NCBI RefSeq assembly: GCF_050320075.1
Contig: NZ_CP190018.1
DNA from: Escherichia coli
GTDB lineage: Bacteria; Pseudomonadota; Gammaproteobacteria; Enterobacterales; Enterobacteriaceae
Reading direction: 5' to 3' (one strand)
DNA length: 64,000 nt
Below are positions 58,063 through 64,000 of this stretch, piece by piece. The translations under genes were made by a program, and so were the position numbers. Each line of letters opens with the position of its first letter. The first letter of the stretch is position 1. The notes under the pieces were generated by a model. The model saw nothing but the letters and a program-made list of their open reading frames with translations, did not search any database and was not told the origin of the DNA.

Positions 58063-59888
58063 TGAAATTGCAAAAGCAATTACTGGAAGCTGTGGAGCAC
58101 AAACAGCTACGCCCGCTGGATGTGCAATTTGCCCTGACCGTGGCGGGAGATGAACATCCTGCCGTCACCCTCGCGGCAGCCCTGTTAAGCCACGACGCCG
58201 GAGAAGGGCATGTCTGTTTACCGCTCTCACGACTGGAAAATAACGAGGCGTCGCATCCGCTGTTGGCGACCTGTGTCAGTGAAATCGGTGAGTTACAAAA
58301 TTGGGAAGAATGCTTGCTGGCTTCACAAGCGGTCAGCCGGGGAGATGAACCAACGCCGATGATCCTCTGTGGCGATCGTCTTTATTTGAATCGCATGTGG
58401 TGTAACGAGCGCACAGTGGCACGCTTTTTCAACGAAGTGAATCATGCCATTGAGGTTGATGAAGCTCTACTGGCGCAAACCCTGGACAAACTTTTTCCAG
58501 TAAGCGATGAAATTAACTGGCAAAAAGTTGCGGCGGCAGTGGCGCTGACGCGGCGGATCTCGGTGATTTCCGGCGGCCCTGGCACCGGTAAAACGACCAC
58601 CGTAGCGAAGTTGCTGGCAGCGTTAATTCAAATGGCCGACGGCGAACGCTGCCGTATCCGTTTGGCTGCACCAACGGGTAAAGCTGCCGCGCGCTTAACC
58701 GAATCTCTCGGCAAGGCTTTGCGACAGTTACCGCTGACCGATGAACAAAAGAAACGCATTCCGGAAGATGCCAGTACTTTGCATCGATTGCTGGGTGCAC
58801 AGCCGGGTAGCCAGCGTTTACGTCATCATGCCGGTAACCCGCTGCATCTTGATGTGCTGGTGGTAGATGAAGCGTCAATGATCGATCTGCCTATGATGTC
58901 GAGACTGATCGACGCCTTGCCCGATCATGCGCGAGTGATCTTTCTCGGCGATCGTGATCAACTGGCCTCGGTTGAGGCTGGGGCTGTGCTGGGCGATATT
59001 TGTGCTTATGCCAATGCCGGCTTTACCGCCGAGCGTGCCGGGCAGCTAAGCCGCCTGACGGGAACTCACGTTCCGGCAGGAACTGGCACAGAAGCGGCAT
59101 CTTTGCGCGACAGTCTCTGCCTGCTGCAAAAAAGCTATCGTTTCGGCAGCGATTCTGGCATTGGTCAGTTAGCTGCGGCGATCAACCGTGGTGATAAAAC
59201 GGCAGTGAAAACCGTTTTTCAGCAGGATTTTTCTGATATCGAAAAACGGCTTTTACAGAGCGGCGAAGATTATATTGCGATGCTTGAGGAAGCTCTTGCG
59301 GGTTATGGACGTTATCTGGATCTGCTGCAAGCGCGTGCCGAGCCGGATTTAATCATTCAGGCGTTCAATGAGTACCAACTTTTGTGCGCCCTGCGGGAAG
59401 GGCCATTTGGCGTGGCTGGACTGAATGAGCGAATTGAGCAGTTTATGCAACAGAAGCGCAAAATTCATCGTAATCCGCACTCTCGTTGGTACGAAGGCCG
59501 ACCGGTGATGATTGCCCGTAATGACAGCGCGCTTGGGTTGTTTAATGGCGATATCGGTATCGCTCTGGATCGTGGGCAGGGGACGCGCGTCTGGTTTGCG
59601 ATGCCGGACGGCAATATTAAGTCTGTGCAACCGAGTCGCTTGCCAGAGCACGAAACTACGTGGGCGATGACGGTACATAAATCGCAGGGATCGGAGTTCG
59701 ACCATGCGGCGTTGATTTTACCGAGCCAACGCACGCCGGTAGTAACACGAGAGCTGGTTTACACTGCGGTAACCCGCGCGCGTCGACGTTTGTCGCTGTA
59801 TGCCGATGAGCGTATTTTGAGTGCGGCAATCGCCACGCGCACTGAGCGGCGCAGTGGTCTGGCGGCATTGTTTAGTTCGCGGGAATAA
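58062..59888 (+). CDS. recD: exodeoxyribonuclease V alpha subunit
   Basis: 608 aa; Walker A (GGPGTGKTT); start overlaps recB stop by 1 nt. Confidence 0.97.
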   Translation: MKLQKQLLEAVEHKQLRPLDVQFALTVAGDEHPAVTLAAALLSHDAGEGHVCLPLSRLENNEASHPLLATCVSEIGELQNWEECLLASQAVSRGDEPTPMILCGDRLYLNRMWCNERTVARFFNEVNHAIEVDEALLAQTLDKLFPVSDEINWQKVAAAVALTRRISVISGGPGTGKTTTVAKLLAALIQMADGERCRIRLAAPTGKAAARLTESLGKALRQLPLTDEQKKRIPEDASTLHRLLGAQPGSQRLRHHAGNPLHLDVLVVDEASMIDLPMMSRLIDALPDHARVIFLGDRDQLASVEAGAVLGDICAYANAGFTAERAGQLSRLTGTHVPAGTGTEAASLRDSLCLLQKSYRFGSDSGIGQLAAAINRGDKTAVKTVFQQDFSDIEKRLLQSGEDYIAMLEEALAGYGRYLDLLQARAEPDLIIQAFNEYQLLCALREGPFGVAGLNERIEQFMQQKRKIHRNPHSRWYEGRPVMIARNDSALGLFNGDIGIALDRGQGTRVWFAMPDGNIKSVQPSRLPEHETTWAMTVHKSQGSEFDHAALILPSQRTPVVTRELVYTAVTRARRRLSLYADERILSAAIATRTERRSGLAALFSSRE

Positions 59889-59949
59889 ACGTAATTGCCG
59901 GATGCGACGCACGGGTGTTACGCATGTCGCATCCGGCGATTTTCATCGC

Positions 59950-61281
59950 TTACCCCAAATCCGCCATCAACACTTTGGATTTACGCTGGTAGTTGTACAA
60001 CTGCTTTTTGCTCTCGGGCAGTAAATCAATATCCACTGGGGTAAATCCACGTTCCTGGAACCAGTGAATACTGCGCGTGGTCAGCACAAATAATTTGCTT
60101 AAGCCGCTCTGCTTCGCCTGAGCGGCAATGCGTTCCAGCAGAACCTCGCCCCGTGATGAACTGCGGTAATCCGGGTGAACTGCCACACAGGCCATTTCCC
60201 CAATCTTCTCTTCCGGGAACGGATAGAGCGCGGCGCAGGCAATAGTCGTGTTATCGCGCTGAATAATGGTGAATTTGTCGATTTCCATCTCCAGCTGCTC
60301 GCGAGAACGGCGCACCAGAATACCTTGCTGCTCCAGCGGGCGAATCAACTCCAGAATACCGCCAATATCGTTGATTGTTGCGCGACGAATCTGCTCGGCG
60401 CTTTCCATCACAATCTGCGTACCGATACCGTCGCGTGAGAACAACTCTTGCAACAGCGCGCCATCTTCCTGATAACTGATTAAATGACAGCGACGCACGC
60501 CGCTGCGGCAGGCTTTCACTGCGCCACGCAAAAAGCGCACCGTACCGGAGTTGTAATCACCTTTCTCTTCCTGGGCTTCTACCCGTGCTTGCGCTTCGTT
60601 AGGGAAAAGTTCGGAGACAATATCACCGTCGTCATTAGTGACGCCCTGGGAAGAGCAAAAACCAATCATCTTTTCAGCTTTCAGTTTGATGGCCAGTTGA
60701 GTGGCAATCTCTTCCGAGGTCAGATTAAAGCTCTCGCCAGTGACTGAAACAGCGACCGGCCCCATTAGCACTATTGCACCGCTGTCCAGTTGACGATGGA
60801 TCGCGTCTTCATCAATCCGCCGGATACGCCCGCTATGGCAGTAATCCACGCCGTCATCGACGCCCAGCGGCTGGGCAATAATAAAATTGCCACTAACGAC
60901 GTTGATATGCGCGCCCTGCAGCGGCGTGTTATTGAGACTCATCGACAGGCGAGCAGTAATATCCAGTTGCAATGTTCCCGCAGCCTGCTTCACCAGTTCC
61001 AATGTTTTGGCGTCGGTCACACGTATATTCTTGTGATACAGCGGTTCGTGGTGATGCGCAGCCAGATTTGCGTCGATCTGCGGACGTGCGCCATAGACTA
61101 CCACCAGACGGATGCCGAGGCTGTGCAACAACCCGATATCATTAACGATACTGGAGAAATTCTCATGCTCAATGGCTTCACCGCCGAGCATGATGACAAA
61201 CGTTTTTCCCCGGTGGGTATTGATATAGGGAACCGAATGGCGGAATCCCTCGACCAGCTCGGTTTTACGTTCCTTTACCAC
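59950..61281 (-). CDS. argA: N-acetylglutamate synthase
   Basis: 443 aa from a GTG start ([12 protein letters not shown]...); the ORF track's 465 aa form is an upstream extension. Confidence 0.93.
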   Translation of the reverse strand: MVKERKTELVEGFRHSVPYINTHRGKTFVIMLGGEAIEHENFSSIVNDIGLLHSLGIRLVVVYGARPQIDANLAAHHHEPLYHKNIRVTDAKTLELVKQAAGTLQLDITARLSMSLNNTPLQGAHINVVSGNFIIAQPLGVDDGVDYCHSGRIRRIDEDAIHRQLDSGAIVLMGPVAVSVTGESFNLTSEEIATQLAIKLKAEKMIGFCSSQGVTNDDGDIVSELFPNEAQARVEAQEEKGDYNSGTVRFLRGAVKACRSGVRRCHLISYQEDGALLQELFSRDGIGTQIVMESAEQIRRATINDIGGILELIRPLEQQGILVRRSREQLEMEIDKFTIIQRDNTTIACAALYPFPEEKIGEMACVAVHPDYRSSSRGEVLLERIAAQAKQSGLSKLFVLTTRSIHWFQERGFTPVDIDLLPESKKQLYNYQRKSKVLMADLG

Positions 61282-61512
61282 GGCACACCTCTTTGCATGA
61301 TTATTCGAAATTAGTGTATTTTTATTCTGTTTTTTCGCAGGGTGCAAGTGTAAATTTTATGCGAGAGCGACTTTTTTATCAGTAATGCCGTGAATATAAA
61401 AAGAATGTTTACCGTTTATTAGATGACAGATTATGCGTCTTTCGCTAAAGTTTCCGGTCAAATTAGTCGTTTACTTGTTACACAGCTTAGATTTCTTTTG
61501 CTCGGGAGAGGC

Positions 61513-62766
61513 ATGTCAGGATCCAACACTGCAATCAGCCGTCGTCGTTTACTGCAAGGCGCGGGTGCCATGTGGCTATTGAGCGTAAGTCAGGTCAGTC
61601 TGGCTGCGGTCAGCCAGGTCGTGGCGGTGCGCGTCTGGCCTGCGTCCAGCTACACCCGCGTGACGGTAGAATCAAATCGTCAGCTGAAATATAAGCAGTT
61701 CGCGTTGAGTAACCCGGAACGCGTGGTGGTGGATATCGAAGATGTAAACCTGAACTCGGTACTCAAGGGGATGGCGGCACAAATTCGTGCAGACGACCCG
61801 TTCATCAAGTCGGCGCGCGTCGGGCAATTTGACCCGCAAACCGTACGCATGGTTTTTGAATTAAAGCAAAACGTAAAACCGCAGCTGTTTGCCCTTGCGC
61901 CGGTCGCCGGGTTTAAAGAGCGTCTGGTGATGGACCTCTATCCGGCCAATGCACAGGATATGCAGGACCCGCTGCTGGCGCTGCTGGAGGATTACAACAA
62001 AGGCGACCTCGAAAAGCAGGTGCCGCCAGCGCAAAGTGGTCCACAACCAGGTAAAGCAGGGCGCGATCGTCCGATTGTCATTATGCTTGACCCTGGCCAC
62101 GGTGGCGAAGACTCCGGTGCGGTGGGGAAATACAAAACGCGCGAAAAAGACGTGGTATTGCAAATAGCTCGCCGTTTGCGCTCTCTGATCGAGAAAGAGG
62201 GCAATATGAAGGTGTACATGACGCGCAATGAAGACATCTTCATTCCGTTGCAAGTGCGCGTAGCAAAAGCCCAGAAACAGCGTGCTGACCTGTTTGTCTC
62301 TATCCATGCCGACGCCTTTACCAGTCGTCAGCCGAGCGGTTCCTCTGTGTTTGCGCTCTCAACCAAAGGTGCAACCAGTACTGCGGCAAAATATCTGGCA
62401 CAAACCCAGAACGCCTCGGACTTGATTGGTGGCGTGAGCAAAAGCGGTGACCGCTATGTCGACCACACCATGTTCGATATGGTGCAGTCGCTGACCATTG
62501 CCGACAGCCTGAAGTTTGGTAAAGCGGTGCTGAATAAGCTCGGGAAAATCAACAAGCTGCATAAAAATCAAGTTGAACAGGCCGGGTTTGCCGTACTAAA
62601 GGCACCAGATATTCCCTCCATTCTGGTCGAAACGGCGTTTATCAGTAACGTTGAGGAAGAACGTAAACTGAAAACGGCGACTTTCCAGCAGGAAGTTGCG
62701 GAGTCTATTCTTGCGGGGATTAAAGCGTATTTTGCCGATGGGGCGACGCTGGCGAGAAGGGGATGA
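61513..62766 (+). CDS. amiC: N-acetylmuramoyl-L-alanine amidase (Tat-exported)
   Basis: 417 aa from [19 protein letters not shown] (twin-arginine signal). Confidence 0.93.
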
Positions 62767-62796
62767 TAAAAAGGCGCTGAATGGCGCTTTTTTTAT
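62766..62796. terminator. terminator-like hairpin after amiC
   Basis: AAAAAGGCGC, loop, GCGCTTTTTTT; A- and T-runs on both sides. Confidence 0.5.
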
Positions 62797-62804
62797 AGGA
62801 GAAC

Positions 62805-62835
62805 AGAAACAAAAAAACACCCGTTAGGGTGTTCA
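62805..62835 (-). terminator. rho-independent terminator of the tRNA-fMet operon (minus strand)
   Basis: Minus strand reads AACACCCTAACGGGTGTT followed by a T-run, directly after the last tRNA. Confidence 0.6.
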
Positions 62836-62840
62836 ATAAT

Positions 62841-62917
<77 letters not shown>

Positions 62918-62949
62918 TCACCGTACTGCTTTATTTCATCAAATTTGAT

Positions 62950-63026
<77 letters not shown>

Positions 63027-63059
63027 TCACCGTACTGCTTTACTTCATCAAATTTTAAT

Positions 63060-63136
<77 letters not shown>

Positions 63137-63149
63137 TCCGTGGATGCGC

Positions 63150-63190
63150 ACTATACTCCGCTCGCGTTTTCATGCAACCTTTTTTTTACC
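63150..63190 (-). promoter_or_regulatory. stable-RNA-type promoter of the tRNA-fMet operon
   Basis: Minus strand: A-rich UP-like tract, TTGCAT (-35), 16 nt spacer, TATAGT (-10), GC-rich discriminator GCGC, ~7 nt before the first tRNA. Confidence 0.5.
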
Positions 63191-63344
63191 CCGATCACGG
63201 ATTCGGCATGATTTTGAACAAAAACAAATCACTAAAGCCTATTTTTTGTGCAAAATTTGCGTCAGGGAGAGGCTGCTCATTTCATTAAACGCGGCGGTTT
63301 GTTATCTTCGTTGCGCCTTATTTTTTAACCTGAAGAAGAGAACA

Positions 63345-64000
63345 ATGAAAGGACGTTGGGTAAAGTACCTTCTTATGGGCACGGTTGTGGCAATGCTTGC
63401 CGCCTGCTCTTCCAAACCAACCGATCGCGGACAGCAATATAAAGACGGGAAATTTACCCAGCCTTTCTCTCTGGTGAACCAGCCAGATGCCGTTGGCGCG
63501 CCGATTAACGCCGGTGATTTTGCCGAGCAAATTAACCATATCCGTAATTCGTCACCGCGTCTGTATGGCAACCAGAGTAATGTTTATAACGCGGTGCAAG
63601 AGTGGCTGCGCGCAGGCGGTGATACCCGCAATATGCGCCAGTTCGGCATTGATGCCTGGCAGATGGAAGGTGCCGACAACTATGGTAACGTGCAGTTTAC
63701 AGGCTATTACACGCCGGTAATTCAGGCGCGCCATACCCGCCAGGGCGAGTTCCAGTATCCTATTTACCGTATGCCGCCAAAACGTGGTCGTCTGCCGTCT
63801 CGTGCGGAGATCTACGCGGGGGCATTGAGCGATAAATACATCCTCGCTTACAGCAACTCCCTGATGGATAACTTCATTATGGATGTGCAGGGTAGCGGGT
63901 ATATTGACTTTGGTGATGGCAGTCCGCTTAACTTTTTCAGCTATGCAGGGAAAAACGGTCATGCATATCGCAGCATTGGTAAGGTGCTGATCGACCGTGG
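63345..64000 (+). CDS. mltA: membrane-bound lytic murein transglycosylase A, 5-prime part (runs past window end)
   Basis: ATG 63345; lipoprotein signal MKGRWVKYLLMGTVVAMLAAC; open to the window end. Confidence 0.9.
   Translation, partial: MKGRWVKYLLMGTVVAMLAACSSKPTDRGQQYKDGKFTQPFSLVNQPDAVGAPINAGDFAEQINHIRNSSPRLYGNQSNVYNAVQEWLRAGGDTRNMRQFGIDAWQMEGADNYGNVQFTGYYTPVIQARHTRQGEFQYPIYRMPPKRGRLPSRAEIYAGALSDKYILAYSNSLMDNFIMDVQGSGYIDFGDGSPLNFFSYAGKNGHAYRSIGKVLIDR

Overview
Enterobacterial (Escherichia coli-like) chromosomal window in three parts. (1) 1..13441: a phage- or satellite-like integrative element of unrecognised family, with a serine recombinase, a 2.2 kb AT-rich ORF-free repeat region, a plus-strand operon of small unknown proteins, a promoter/leader/terminator block, a codon-optimised 123 aa + 342 aa capsid-like gene pair, a 613 aa coiled-coil/glycine-zipper protein and a tyrosine integrase whose 5-prime end is cut by IS1. 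(2) 13442..22334: an IS1 copy without target-site duplication, then a remnant of the ETT2 type III secretion island (regulators, chaperone and lytic transglycosylase only, no apparatus genes). (3) 22734..64000: conserved core genes (yqeG, yqeF, kduI-kduD, araE, ygeA, lysR/lysA, galR, OmrB/OmrA sRNAs, aas-lplT, tas, ygdR, ygdQ, mutH, rppH-ptsP, lgt-thyA, ppdA-ppdB-ygdB-ppdC-recC-ptrA-recB-recD, argA, amiC, three tandem tRNA-fMet genes, mltA 5-prime part), with an IS200-like element inserted after araE. No CRISPR array found. All calls rest on reading the sequence and the supplied ORF track plus recalled family knowledge; no database search was run.
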